The notes beneath the pieces are model-generated. The model had not been told where the DNA came from. It was given only the letters and a program-made list of their open reading frames with translations, and did no database searches. From assembly GCF_009914755.1 (NCBI RefSeq), contig NC_060935.1: a stretch of DNA of 64,000 nt. One strand, given 5' to 3'. How positions within the stretch are numbered: the stretch's first letter is position 1; the number at the start of each line of letters is the position of its first letter. This document shows, piece after piece, positions 14,176 through 28,190 of the stretch. The stretch comes from the human T2T-CHM13v2.0 reference genome, Homo sapiens. The position numbers were made by a program, and so were the translations under genes.

Positions 14176-15369
14176 TTTATATTTTATTATACCTTTTAAG
14201 TTACTTATCTGTGTGTACAAGTATTTTTATCAGGAAAAATTCTCATTTTTGAATATCTTTTCAGAGAAAGTGTTAACAGCATATTTCTTAAGTATAGTAG
14301 AATTTTTTTAAAGTTTAAGAAATATTAACATTAGTGTCATATTGTCTCACCTTAAAAGATGTTTCAGTGTCTGGTCTTTCCTCATTCCAATTATCAGTAC
14401 TATTATTGAAATAGGTATAGAAATTAATAAAATACATATATTTCTAGTATTCAAATATGAAATATGCATTTAGATGAGTTTGCTGCTTGCCATGAGTTTA
14501 TAGAATAAAGATAAGATGAATTTTTGTTTTTCATCCTGAACAGCTTTCTTCTTTTTAAACCTCTAATTTACATTGTAAACATGAATTTCAGAATAACAGG
14601 AACTGATCTTTAAACAGAGTATTTCAAATGGCCTGGAATTTATAAAATAATATATTGCATCATAAAAGAATCTGGAATGTGTATAGGAAAACTAAAGAAA
14701 AAGTCACTATTCTAGATAAAAAGAAGTAGACATGGGATTAATGGAGGTGATTTCTGTGGGGACATGAATCCAAATATAAGTAATATCATACAGAAAGAAA
14801 TATACTCACAAAATACTCATAAACAAAGATGGAAAAATACTCATAAACAAAGTGGCAAGTGAGAGAAATTATTTTGGGAGTGATAGTTGACATTATCTTT
14901 ACAAGAAGAAATGTATAGGGATATAAGACTCGGCTCTGAAAGGAGCAAAGACCTCCTTAGGTCTTTGTTGAATTTTTTGAGGAAATTTCTAAGAGATGTT
15001 ATTTGTGAGAAAGTAACAAAATATAATGAACTAATAATTTTTTTCTTACATGTGAATGGAAAGGATAGGTAGGCGATTAGAACTCCTGTTGAAATTAAAC
15101 TCTACATTTCCAAGTCAAGATGACAGACAGACTGAATCCATAGGTTAATCTCTTCTCCTTCCTAAAACCCCAATAAAATGATATTCAACTAGTAAACAGA
15201 CATAAATCTACATTGATGACAATAATGGGATAAATTTGTCAGAATATTCTAGCATGTTCACAGAAACAAAGCTAAAAAGGAGTCAATGAACTTGGCCAAA
15301 GTCCAAGGAAACTCATGAAACAGAAATACCTGAGGGTTCCAGTGCATTAGTTGCTTCCTCACCCATCAT

Positions 15370-15882
15370 CCATGTGGTAGCTGCGGGGATTGTCACCCAA
15401 ATTTCACCTATGTCATCTTCCAGGTAAACTTGTTCTTATTGGCAGAGCATGGCTGTCACAAGAAGCTACAATGCCAAGTACTTACTTATGAAGACTCTCT
15501 TACATCTTAGGCATGCGATTTGGCTCAATTCTGAACAAGTGGAGGTGGAGAGATATTAAGAGACTTCTAGGAAAGGTTTATCTCACTGTTGTAAAGTGTC
15601 TCTGAAGAAAACATTATTTTCCTTCATTGCATTTATTATATCTACCCAGAATACCTGGAATTGCCACAGTTATTTGTGATTAGGGAACCAGCTTAATGCT
15701 GAAGTGAATTTATCAAGGATGGCAAAGAAGAAGGACAAAAATGAGTCTGTGCCCTAAGTAGCATCACTAAACTCATAAATTAACCCTAGAACAACATACC
15801 TCTATGTTTATAGATGGTCCATACTGTGTAAGCCACTTTAAGTGAATGTTCTTTTACTTGCACCCAAAAGCTCCTGACATAC
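15370..15882 (+). mobile_element. Old ERVL/MaLR-class solo LTR (LTR16/LTR33/MLT1-like)
   Basis: gacttctaggaaagg...ggatggcaaag...taagccactt...ttacttgcacccaaaagctcctgacataca, a typical LTR 3' end. Confidence 0.6.
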
Positions 15883-15959
15883 AGCTTAAACTAAAGCTTG
15901 TTAATTGACAAGCTCCTTCTATTTCCACTGAGTTCTAGTCAATTTTTTATTTCCTAATT

Positions 15960-17540
15960 CTAAAATATAAACAAATGGCAGTAGACACCAGACTTTTCAG
16001 GAAAGCCTGTATCATAGGACTGAAAGAACATCACAAAAATTACCACAGAGGAAAGAGAGAGATGAATAGAAGATGCACTTAAAACAAAAATTTCTAACTA
16101 ATATTCTCAGAAAAATTCAATGTGATATCAAACAAGGTCATGATAATGTGAATAATGTAAGATACTACTGAAATTAAAAACAATGGTAAAATTTTCAAAA
16201 TAATAAAAATATTAAAATTCAAAGTCAAAGAAAGCTTCCAAAAGTAGAACTGCATACAAAAGAAAAACCGTTAAACAAAAGAGGAGTCAGAGAGAATCAA
16301 TTCAGGAGTTCTAACATTTGGTTAATAATATTTCTAGGGGAAGGAAAAAATGAAGAGAAATTTAATTTGAAAATATAAGCACATAAAGATAATTCCCTAG
16401 ATCTCAAGAATTTGAAATTCCAGATGGAAATATCCACTAGGTGTCCAAAACACTGATAATAAAATTAGAAATCAATTAGAACCCAAAGGATAAAGAGCAG
16501 GTGCTAAAAAGGAAAAACTAGTTATCTACAAAGAATGAGATTAAGAATAGCAGCAGAATTCTCATAAAAAGTATTGAATGTCCAATATCAGACTAAGAAT
16601 GACATTACAGATCTAGGGACATTTTTACCCTAGATTTTTTTGGGCTTAGAATACTGTAAACAGTAAAACTATCAATCAAATTTGAGAGTAGAATGAATAT
16701 ATTTTCAGATATGCTTGAACACAGAAAATTTATGTTACAGATATTGTTCTTGGAAAATTTATTTTTAAAAATGAAGGTATGGGGTTCAGGAAACAAGGAG
16801 AACAATAAGATGAAGTCTCATGATAATTTCTCTAGAGAATTAAGAGTCTATATTGTAGGACTGGGTTTTCTGAAAGAGACAGAAAAAAAACAGTTCTTAA
16901 CACATAATGTAATATTAAACAGATAGGGATGGGGGGAATCGACTATTATGCAGGCAAAAAGTTGAAAGAAAAAGAATGTCCATGAAAAACTCCAAGACAT
17001 ATCTATATATCTATATCTCCATATATAGATACAATTGCAGTCATTTGATACTATTTGTTACTGAAGTGAGAGAGGTTTCATTATCATAATAACGTAAACA
17101 TGACTTACTTATTTTCAAAGTTTAGGATCAACCTGTAGATAAGTTTATAGAGAAGGTAAAGAAGACCTAGCTACAATTTCTGAAGAGAAAGTATATGTTC
17201 TTAACCTTGACTGTATAGAAGAAAAAATTCAAATTTCAGAATTAGAAAGGTGGGTGTGAAAAACACTGAAGCAAACGCTAGAAGCCCTAACACCAATTTT
17301 CAAAGTGGAAGATGAGATATTTTCTAGAGTGACATAATAAGGAATTAAATATATTACTTAATGATACATAGATTATCAATAGATACCTTAGAAAGATGAA
17401 ATACTATGTTAGCAGGGTCTGGAGAGAAAAGCATGGGTAGACAAGAGTTGTATTTATATCTATTACAGTAATAAGTTATGCCTTCAATTGATATACATAG
17501 AAAGAGAAGTATAGGAGTATTATATAGAGATATAATAACA
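15960..17540 (+). mobile_element. Ancient L1/HAL1 ORF1-region remnant
   Basis: A-rich strand; ORF1-like motifs gttatctacaaagaatgagatt...cagcagaattctca and ttagaatactgtaaacagtaaaactatcaatcaaa. Confidence 0.55.
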
Positions 17541-17639
17541 TAAAATGAGTATTGGTTTGTTTAATGAGGTACAGTCACTACCCCCTAGAAATTGCTCTAG
17601 ATTGATACTGAAGACACAAAACAAATAAACATAATACAT

Positions 17640-17990
17640 AATATTATGTAGCCCTTATTTGGATTTTGATTCAGAGTTTTGGGGAAAAATTCATTTTGAG
17701 ATAAGTAGAAAAATGTGAAGATGGGCTGGATATTAGATGAAATCAAGAAATGCATTTTGTTAGATAAGAAAAAGGCATCATATTACATAAGAAAATGTTC
17801 ATACCTTTAAAGAAATTCATGGTTAATTTTTTATACATGTTGACGTATAAATTGATGAAAAAAATTACATCTCGACTTTGTTTTTAAATAGTCCAACTGA
17901 AACAGAGAGAAAAAGAGAAGAGGAATAGATAAGCAGCATGGTAAATTCTTGGTATTTGTCAAATTTGGATGATGGAATATGAGGTTTACA
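17640..17990 (+). mobile_element. L1MC/L1ME-type 3'UTR fragment
   Basis: cttatttggattttgattc...ttttgagataagtagaaaaatgtgaagatgggctggatattagatga. Confidence 0.6.
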
Positions 17991-18211
17991 CAAATATTTT
18001 TTGAGCCCACTTGTCCCTAGGGAACAGGACTAGAGAAAGATAGGCAAGAGATTTTCCTTGTCATTATAGAACTTTCTATATATTTTTTGTTTTTTCTTAA
18101 TCACGCTTATATATTTCTATGAGGAAAGGAAATTTAAAATGACTATATTTTTTCCACACAACCACTAATGAACTGCAAAGTTGGATTAATAAGACCTTCA
18201 ATGAAGAAAAC

Positions 18212-18251
<40 letters not shown>
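18212..18251. repeat. (TG)n microsatellite
   Basis: Interrupted tgtgtg run. Confidence 0.95.
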
Positions 18252-18439
18252 CACATCAAATGAATGTTTAAGAATATAAACTCAACAGAAGTTGGCACAG
18301 TAAATGAATGCAATGTGGCAAAGCAGGCAAGAACTAACAAAGCAGATGACATTTTATTTGAGTCATAACGTAATCATTGTTGATGCACTTATTGACTAAA
18401 CTAGATTAAAAATTTGGCAATTGAATATGTTATTGTATT

Positions 18440-18585
18440 TAACCCTTCTAAAAATATTCATTTTACAGGTGAGAAAACTGAGTTTGATCAGTTGATTAGC
18501 TTGTCTGAGTGCATGTATCTCTAACTGGCAAAACTGGAAGTTAAACCTAGGTCTGCCTGTTTCTAAACTATAAGCTTTTCCACTG
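18440..18585 (-). mobile_element. MIR SINE
   Basis: cattttacaggtgagaaaactgag...aaacctaggtctgcctgtttctaaa. Confidence 0.8.
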
Positions 18586-19569
18586 ATAAAAAATAACCAA
18601 GATCAGATAGAAAGGAAAGGAGAACTGCATTCCATGAGGCAGAAAGGCATGGAAACAGATACAGAGGAAAAAACACTGTTAGTCTTTGGTGGGGAGAAGG
18701 ATAGGGTGGGAAGCGAGAATGTCAGCAGACCAAAGTGGAGAGTTCAAGTTAGAGACGAAAAAGGAATCTGTCAAATCAGTAAGAAGAATCCATAGTGTGC
18801 AAGCAACAGCAATATATAACTATTGAAATTTTAGAGAGAAAAATGGTTTTACTTCTTTACTCATTCTTTACTCATTCTGAAGTGAAACTTTGAGACAGAT
18901 GGAAAATAATATGTAACAAAGCAAGTGTTCGATCACAAAGGGGGCATCCATTGCAGAAAGATCTATTGATTAAAATAAATGATGTGGCAGAAAGCTACAC
19001 ATTTCAAAAAAAGCCAGTGGTTAAAAAGCAGAGACAGTAAGTTCCCAGGCTGAGACTGAGGTTTTCTCAGAGTTACTGAGAGCAACAGAAGGGCCCTCTG
19101 TGTTCTTTAAACTCCATATGTAGACATCATTGTAGCGACACTCACACTATCTCTGACACCAAATTACAGCCATGACACAGAGAGTAAATACATAAAATAA
19201 GAGTATCTCAAAACCAGTGAATGGGAACAGTCTTGCCAAAAAATAATCACGACAGATAATCTAAAATATCCTTGTAGCCTATCTTTATAATTGAGTTTAT
19301 AATAACTATAAACTCATGCCTCTGAAAATAAAATGTTTTAAAAAGGACAACTGTCTTAAAAAATATAACTTTATATCAAGTTCATTGATTTATATAACTT
19401 TATTACCAAGTTCATTGATTTACTCAAGCCATTTTTAATTTAGATTATATATTCAAGGTTCATAACATTCCTAATTTAAAAATTAAGAAAATTAATTATA
19501 AAGCTCACAATAGTACGTTAGTTCAACAACTAGTTCTCATTTTAGTTATCAATAACTGGGATTCTCTAA

Positions 19570-20700
19570 ATTCATCTATTTCTTCAACAGACATTTATTG
19601 CACATCTACTATATTCCAGGTACTGAGCTCTACAGATAAGTAAGGCACAGTCATTACTCTCAAGGAACTCATAGTCTCACGGGGAAAATCAAAACGTGAA
19701 TATATTTTAAAGTGACAAGTGCTGCAATAGAAGTATTTCCAGCATGATACTTAAATAGAGACAATGACAGGACTAGCTTTAATAAGGGAATAGGGAAAGG
19801 CTTTGCAAAAGAAATCTAACATTTGAAATTCCATTTCTTAGAGGAACTAGATGATGATGTGGATGACACCAGGGAGAAAGGTATTCCAGCATTAAGGAGC
19901 AGCACTTAGAAGAACATAGAGAAATAAACGTTTTAAAATGACTCAAATATAGGGAAACTTTCAAAACTTTATATGGCTGGAAAGTAGGGTCCATTTCGAA
20001 GATGACACTGAAGTCAATAGTCCATTTATATAATAATAACATCTTCCTGGTGTATAGAGCAGAGTTTTTAAAGTATAAAAGCAGACTTTTTAAGCTATGT
20101 AACAGTGCTCAACTTTTCATTCATCTTTGTGAACCCTCCATAGTAGGTTAATGGAAAAATAACTTTTGGAGATAGATGCACTACATGAATGTGGGCCCTT
20201 ACTACCATGATAATAATATTTACCTTGCAGGGTTGTCAGGAAGATCGAAGGAAAAGCTATATGTATCACTAGTAGGAAAGAGTGTGAGCTTATTCTATTG
20301 CTCAACAAATAATATGTTGAGTATCTAGTATGTGTGATGTTGTTGAGGGATGCCGTGAAGAATATAACACAGCCAAGGTGTTGATTTTATGGAACCTACA
20401 TTCTAGTCATGTGCGTGATTAGGAAAGGTCTCTCATATGAAGTCACATCTTTAGCTGTGATATAAATGACGGGGCACTGGATAAGTGGAGGTCAGAAAAA
20501 AGAAGTGCAAATGAAGGGCCCTAGGATCAAATGAACTTGCCGAGTTTGAGAACAGAAAGAAAACCAATGTGACCAGCAGTAGGACAGAGTAGCTGGTGAG
20601 CAAATGAGAAAAAGGCATAAGAGATCCAAGAGGTATGGGCACAAACAGACTTTGAAAATCAGAATAATGTGTTTGATTTATATCCCAAATCGGGATATAA
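19570..20700 (-). mobile_element. L2 LINE fragments with an embedded MIR piece (~20200-20280)
   Basis: L2 3'-end signatures ttcaacagacatttattgcacatctactatattccagg and caacaaataatatgttgagtatct; MIR taataatatttaccttgcagggttgtcagg. Confidence 0.65.
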
Positions 20701-21499
20701 GCAGGAAAATGACATAATTTCATGTATAAATGAAGGAGATAACGTTAGTTCTATTAATGGTACTTTGTAGCTTTGACACACATTGCCACTAACATTATCT
20801 AGCACTGTTTTGTGTGGTAGAACCAGTAGTCATTTCTATTTGTAAGATAATTTACTGAAAACAACCAATTACAAATCTTATTTTTTTAAACTAGTGTGAT
20901 CTAATTATTCTCCTGTGAAAGACAGCAATGGCCAGTCTTCAAAAGAGAAATCACTTTTGGACCAATGGTTAAATCAGAAAAAATGTCACGGGATCTCAAA
21001 TATAATTATTTTTGCAGATTGAGAAATATGCTTAGTTTTAGTCTTTTGGGTTTTGTCTTTTTCTAATATGCACCTCACAATAGAATCAATTGGGTGATTT
21101 CCATTTTGTTTAATGATGCCCCAAGGATCTAAACATTTGATTCTTTTTCCAAAAGAATAAGCAATTATAAGAAACATTTTCAATTAATTTATTCAAATTC
21201 AAACTGGCACTATTTGTGAGAAAATTTGGCAATATTTGGGAGATAATTCTAAATGAATTAATTTGAGGTAATTTGAGGTAATGACAAAGTACCTGACCAT
21301 AATTTGATTTACCAAATATTTTAACTTTAGCAATTACTAAAAATGAAAATACACTCTTATGAAGAGTTGTTTTGAAATTCTCTTCTCAACTTTTCCTATT
21401 AGCATTCAAATACAAAATTCATTTTATGAGAGTCAAATTATTATATAAAGCAAGTATTTGCCTCAATACTTTTTTCAGTACTGTGTACCAAACATCCTT

Positions 21500-21690
21500 T
21501 TCAATATTTAGGGGTACTAACTTAAGACAATTACCTTATGAGATATATACTTTTATTCCCATTTTACGTAAAGAAACTGAGCCCCTGAAAGTTTAAGTTA
21601 CTTGTCCTAATTATATAGATACAAAGTGACAGCAAAAATTTTGACTCAGCCAGTCTGCTTTCTATCCCAGGTTTCTCACCATTAGCGTAT
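21500..21690 (-). mobile_element. MIR SINE
   Basis: attcccattttacgtaaagaaactgag...taagttacttgtcc. Confidence 0.75.
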
Positions 21691-23891
21691 CCCGGAGGTT
21701 GCACTGGCCTTCGAGAATGAGAGCAGTGCAGGACCAGAGAGGATACTGCAGGAAGCCAGGGCATTTTATGAGGCACTAGGAGCTGAAAGTACAAGGAGCC
21801 CAGAAAATAGGAAGCACAGGTGTAAAGTGATTTCCCTGCATTTAACATCTAAACAAAGCTATTAATTAATTCCTGTTTTTAATACAGCCAAAATAAAAGG
21901 CACAAAGGACTGCTAGTTTCTCAATTATCACTGGAATTAAAAAACTTTCTCTTTGGGCGTAATTTATGCCAAAATGACCCCAGGAGCATTCAGATAAAAT
22001 TAGGGAGATATTATTATATCACATCTATTTGTGAGACACTTCCTTCAATGAATTTAATGCTCATAAAACATTTCACAGAAAGAAATACCAAGCTTGGTCT
22101 CCATTCCATTAATCAAGAAACATTTATACTTGCTTGCTTGCTTGCATGTACGTGATGGATGATTGTTGTTGCCCAAGAAGGATACTATTCATACCTTTCA
22201 GCTGGACAGGGAATAACTAGTGATCAGTCAAATGAAATTCAGGTATTCATCAAAACCATGTGCCTTTACATCTTATTTTGAATTTGTATTCTTTTAATGT
22301 TTTTCTGTATAGAGGTAAAGTGATAGCTATTAATAGGTAAGGCTGTGTACTGAAATAACTTTAAACCATGGCCTCTGAACCATTGCTTCTCTTTCTCAAA
22401 GAAAACAATTTTAAAAACCATTTTAGTTAAATATAAAATTAAGATAATTTATAAATTTCTATTGATTGTACCATATTATTCACTAATCCTTTCATTCAAA
22501 CAATATATTTTGAATACTATTATATAACAGGTACTATGCTTACAATAAAACATATTTCCATAAATGCTTATGTCCTTTTTAAACTATTCCATGGAGAGGT
22601 AAGGAAAAGACAAGTAAATTACATTTTATCAAAGATGCTATCTTGTAGATATGAAAATGAGTTTATTCCTTCATGGTTTCTGGATTGCCTGGCTTTAAGC
22701 AAGATATTCTGGAAAACCTAATCTCTCTTAAAAACTATGAAATAATGCATCTATTCAACTGAAGTAGTGTTTGCATAAAGTAAACTCTTAGTAAATGATT
22801 ATTATATTTATTGCTTTAATATAATTGAATAATTAAATTACTAAATATAATTCCTTAATATTTGGTGATGTGTTGTTTTAATCTTTTTTGAAGTATTTAT
22901 AAAAGAATAGCTAAATACACGTTGTGGTTAACTTAAGTAAATCATACATACTGGCTTTCTTTCTTTTTTTCAACTTTTTAACCTGATCATTGTTGTGCCT
23001 TGCATGAAACATTATTTAATTCTCTCCTTTGTTTGCTTTTGCTTCTGAGCATCTCCTTTGCCATTTTTTTAATGCTTGTTTTGGTCACGTTTAAATTATG
23101 AAGTTCTTAAGTATCTTCCTAAATTAACTACCTTTTATCTCTGTGGGGTTTTGCAGCACACGGTCTGTGCATACTCTCAAGATCACTCAGTATCTTCATT
23201 TGTTCTTGTGGAAGTGTGAATGGGAGGCATGAAGTGGTTCCTACAATGGATTTCCTAATTATATGTTTAAATCTGTTCAAAATCACAACATAACTACACA
23301 TATTCAGAGCCAGTTAAAATACACATTCTGTGGACAAGATAATTCAACTCAGAAAAATTTTTAATTAAGAAAAACAATTATGTACCCTGTGTTGGATTTT
23401 GTATGCACCTAGCAAGGAAAAAAATATAGCAAATTACCATTTACGAAGATACCCTATATTTAATCTCCTCTGGATTTAATGTTTATTAGAGGTTATTATA
23501 TAACTTACTATGGTGATAAACACAGTAAGAGATGATAACTAAAAAAGTTACTGGATGCCTAGAAATCAAAAGGCCCAAAGGGAGATGAAGATATCAAAGA
23601 CGGGCCTAATCCATTTCATTTGAGAAAATGGTTTTGAAAAATAGCTCAGAAAGAAATGAACTCGTTTCTTTTCAGTGTTTTTAGTTATACAAGTTATTCT
23701 TATAAAATTTCAAAATATTAAAAGAAAACTAATATCTCCTTTGAGCTCTCTTCCATCCTAGTTATCTCTGTGCCTCCCCATTATTTGTTTTACTTTTCAA
23801 ATACAAGAGGATTCATAAACAACCTGAGTACAACTATAACGCTCAGAAAAATTTACATTGATCAGCAATTTGTGTCCCTCTCATTTATCTA

Positions 23892-25080
23892 TTCTTTTTA
23901 TTCACCTTTATTGAGGTATAGTTGATAAATAAAAATTGTATGTATTTAAAGTACACAGCTGAATGTTTTGATATATGTGTACATTGTGAAATGATCATGG
24001 CAATTAAGCTAATTAACATATCTTTTATTTCTCATAGTTGTCATTTTCTTTCTTTTTAATTTTGTGGTGAGAACTTTTGAAATCTACCCTTTTAGAAAAC
24101 TTCAAATATATAAAACATGTGTGTTATATATGTATTATATATAGTCACTATGCTGTACATAAATCTCCAGAACTTTTGAATCATGTATAACAAGAATCTT
24201 GTGCCCTTTGACTAACATCTTCCCATTTTCCCCTCCCCTAGCCCATGGCAACCAGCATTCTACTCTCTGTTTCTATGAATTTGACTATTTTAGCTTTGAC
24301 ATATAAGTGAGATCATGCAGTATTTGTCTTTCTGTTTCTGGCTTATTGCATTCCAAGTTCATCCATATTGTTGGAAATTGCAGGATGTCCCTTTTTATGA
24401 CTGAATAATACTCTATTGCATACACACACACACACACACATATAATATATATATATATATATACTATATTATATATACTATATTATATATTCGACATTTT
24501 CTAAGAGGGTAGATCTTAATACATATATCTATACATAGACATAATAGAATATTATTCACTATATGAATAGTTTTAAGAATTATTATATATTGTATATATA
24601 TAAAATATTTTAAAAACTATTCATCCATTGATGGACATTTGGATTGTTTTCATGTCTTGGATATTGTGAATAATACTACAATAAACATGGAAGTGCAGAT
24701 ATCTCTGCAAGGTACTAATTTCATTTCCTTCAGGTATACACCCAACAGAGGGGCTGCTGGCTCATAGGGTAGTTCTATTTTTAAATTTTTGAGGAATTGC
24801 TGTGCCATTTTTCATAATGACTCTACCAGTTTATATTCCCACCCACCCATCAGTATACAAAGGTTCCCTTTTCTCTACATCCTTGACAACACTTATTATC
24901 TTTTGTTTTTTTTTTTTTTTTTTTGAGATAGAGTGTCGCTCTGTTGCCCAGGCTGGCGTGCAGTGGGCTTGCAAATAGTTTCTCCCTCCCATCATTTGCC
25001 TTTTCACTCTACTGATTTCTTTGCTGTGCTGAAGTCTTTTATTTAGTTTGATACAATCTCATCATTTTATCTTTTTTTGG
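23892..25080 (-). mobile_element. L1MA8/9-like 3' end, rearranged internally
   Basis: ctttattgaggtatagttgataaataaaaattgtatgtattt...catataagtgagatcatgcagtatttgtcttt...catggaagtgcagatatctct. Confidence 0.9.
24905..24967 (-). mobile_element. Severely 5'-truncated Alu (3'-most ~40 nt plus tail)
   Basis: (t)n gagatagagtgtcgctctgttgcccaggctggcgtgcagtgg. Confidence 0.9.
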
Positions 25081-25109
25081 CTACCCATTTAGTTTAAAAG
25101 GTATTTAGA

Positions 25110-25995
25110 CATTAATTCCAAATTGACTGCTTTAATATTGACGACTTTCCTGAGCTCCATGTATCTGTCTCTAACCTTCTGCTGGACATTGCCACCTAGA
25201 TATCCCAGACATCACAATGTTCAAAAACCCCTCACCCCTCTGCCATTTGTGGCTTTCTTAGAGTGCATACCTTTCAGCAGTGTGTGCAGAAAAGTTGAAG
25301 TCATTTTTATAGTATCTCCCACAGTTGCTACCTTTAATCGGTCACCAAATCCTGCTTGTTTCTACCACGACCGTCTCAATTTCTCTCATAATCTGTCCCT
25401 TCTTTTCTGCTCTTACAACTTCTGTCCTAATTTAGACCGCAATTTTTTTCCTGGACAATTACAATAACCTTCTGTGTACCAGCTTTACACCAGTCTCTCT
25501 CAACTTTAATCTCTCCACACCACAGTTAAAATATTTTTCTAATGTATATGTAAATGTGTATATATAGAAATAGTCATATACTATGTCATATACACACAAT
25601 GTTATATTCATATATCATGTCATATATATATATTATATCTTTTTGTTTAAAATAAAACAATACTATAATTTCCAAATTCACCCATTTAGGATACACGATC
25701 ACATCTCCATGCTAATCTTCCTGATTTGGAGTATTTCAACCACATTTTTAAACTAACAAATAAAAGATCAGGTTCTCTTTTCAAAATCCACCTCATTTTT
25801 ACGCACAGATAATCTGTGTTCTCACAGATCTGTTGTAATCCTCTATCACACTTTGTGGTTTACCTGTTTGTGTCCCCAACTCAGATCTGGACTTCAGAGA
25901 CTTTACACATATGTATAAATTCTCCTCTATATCTCAGGTATGCAGTAGCCTGCCAGCTCATATTAGGTAGGTACTATTTTGTGAATAAATAAACA
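25110..25995 (+). mobile_element. L2 LINE fragments
   Basis: cctgagctccatgtatctgtctctaacc..ctggacatt..; 3' end tattttgtgaataaataaa. Confidence 0.55.
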
Positions 25996-26996
25996 CTGTG
26001 TGTCAAGGTATTCCATATGTCACATAATTCTCTATTGTCAGTTTTAGTCATTTTTAACGAATTCCCTTAAGCTAAACCAAAGAGGTAAATTTTGCAAAGT
26101 TGTTTCTGCAGGCTGCTGATCCCGGATGGATACATCTGTAAAATAGACATATTTTAAAACAGACATCTAGGCTTCTATACCCAGTGAGAAAATTATACAG
26201 AAACACCATGTGGGCTCAGAAAACAAAGGATGTGCATTTAAAATGTAGGCTGTCAAACCATCGCCTATTCTTCCCTTTAGACTAGATGGCTGTAGTAAAT
26301 GTAAGGTATAACACAAATAAAAAAATAAATTTTATTTTCCAGAATAAAAGAGTAATGAGAATATACCATTTGTTGAGGAAATTTCCTTCTAGATTCTGGG
26401 AAAGTAATCAAAAATCTTAAGATGTATTGTGCCTGTGTATTCAAGGAGAGCATATACAGTACATAAAATCTTCTGCTGTTTCCTTCTTATGTTGGTTTAT
26501 TTTAAGGTAGCTTAATTTCCATGGATACTTTACTGTAACACTTTAAAATGTCATACATTTGTAGAACACTTTAAAGTCCAAAAGGTCTATTTTCTAATTT
26601 TGTTTCATTTTAATAAAACAGAGGCCCTGGGAAAGAAGCCTATGCATTGTCATACCCGTTTTCCAGATAAATGCAGAAGTGTTTGTCTAATACCACAGCT
26701 AAGAAGTGGTAGATGATCTAGATCTATTTTAAGACCAGTTCTACTTTATCAAACTATTTTACCTTCTCAGCAGTTACAAGTGCATGCAACAAACATAATT
26801 TTGGTGATAAAATCTTCAATTCTAAATACCTGGGTATATTGCATGCATAAGTGTATTTATTGTAAATTTCTCACATCCTTAGCTATAGTTTGAAAAGCTG
26901 AACTGGTAGTAACTAGGGTATCATGTCAGCTAACAGTCATATCAGTATTTGGGTTGTAAATAAAGAAACATAGGTGGGATCAAAGCCAATGCCTTC

Positions 26997-27486
26997 TGTA
27001 TTAGCTTACTGTGGCTGCCATAACAAATTACCACAAATGTAGTGCTTAAAACAGCATCAATTTATTATCTTAAAATTCCAGAAGTCTGGAAGGGGTCTTA
27101 CTGGGCTAAAATCAATAGATCAGTAAGGCTACATCCCTTTCTTGTGGTGGTAGGAGTCTGTTTCCTTGCTTCTTCCATCCTCTAGAGGCTACCTCATTGC
27201 TTGGCTTGTGGCCCACTTCCTCCATCTTCAAAGATGACAACATTGCATCTCTCTCTGCCCTTTTTCCACACTGAGTCACATCTTCCCCTTTTACCACAGC
27301 TGGTTGCTTTTATGGATTCTTGTGATTACATCAGACCCACCTGGGTAATACCAGATAATTTTCCATATCTCAAGGTCTTTAACCTTAATCATATATGCAA
27401 AGTTTCTTTTGCTGTGTAAGGTAACATATTCACAGGTACCAGGTGTTAGAAAAGGGACTTCTTTGTGGGACCATTCTACCTACCAT
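26997..27486 (-). mobile_element. MLT1C/MLT1D-like MaLR solo LTR
   Basis: tgtattagcttactgtggctgccataacaaattaccacaaa...ttcctccatcttcaaag...taaggtaacatattcacagg...ccattctacctacca. Confidence 0.88.
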
Positions 27487-27628
27487 GGCTTCTTATTAAA
27501 ATAGATGAAGAAATAGCTTGAGGAAAAAGGAAGAGTTCAAAGCACTGTATAGAAGAGGTGGTCAACAGAGGTTTCATTTTTGACTTTGATAATAGATCAA
27601 ATGAGTTTCAAAATAAGAATAACTTTGG

Positions 27629-27989
<361 letters not shown>

Positions 27990-28069
27990 TTACAAGATAA
28001 TCATTTACTCTTAAGGAAATGACTATTAATATTAGTAACGTTCTATTCCATTCTTACAGTTGATATTTA

Positions 28070-28190
28070 GGCTGTCTGTTAAAAATGTACATTCCCAGAC
28101 TCCACTCACCCCATGTGCTGACTTAGGAAGCTTTTGATAGGGCTTATAAGTCTGTTTTTTAACAACCACAATCAGGGGATTCTGAGTGCT
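28070..28190. mobile_element. MER5-like MITE fragment
   Basis: tgttaaaaatgtacattcccagactcc...tctgtttttaacaa...ggggattctga. Confidence 0.5.
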
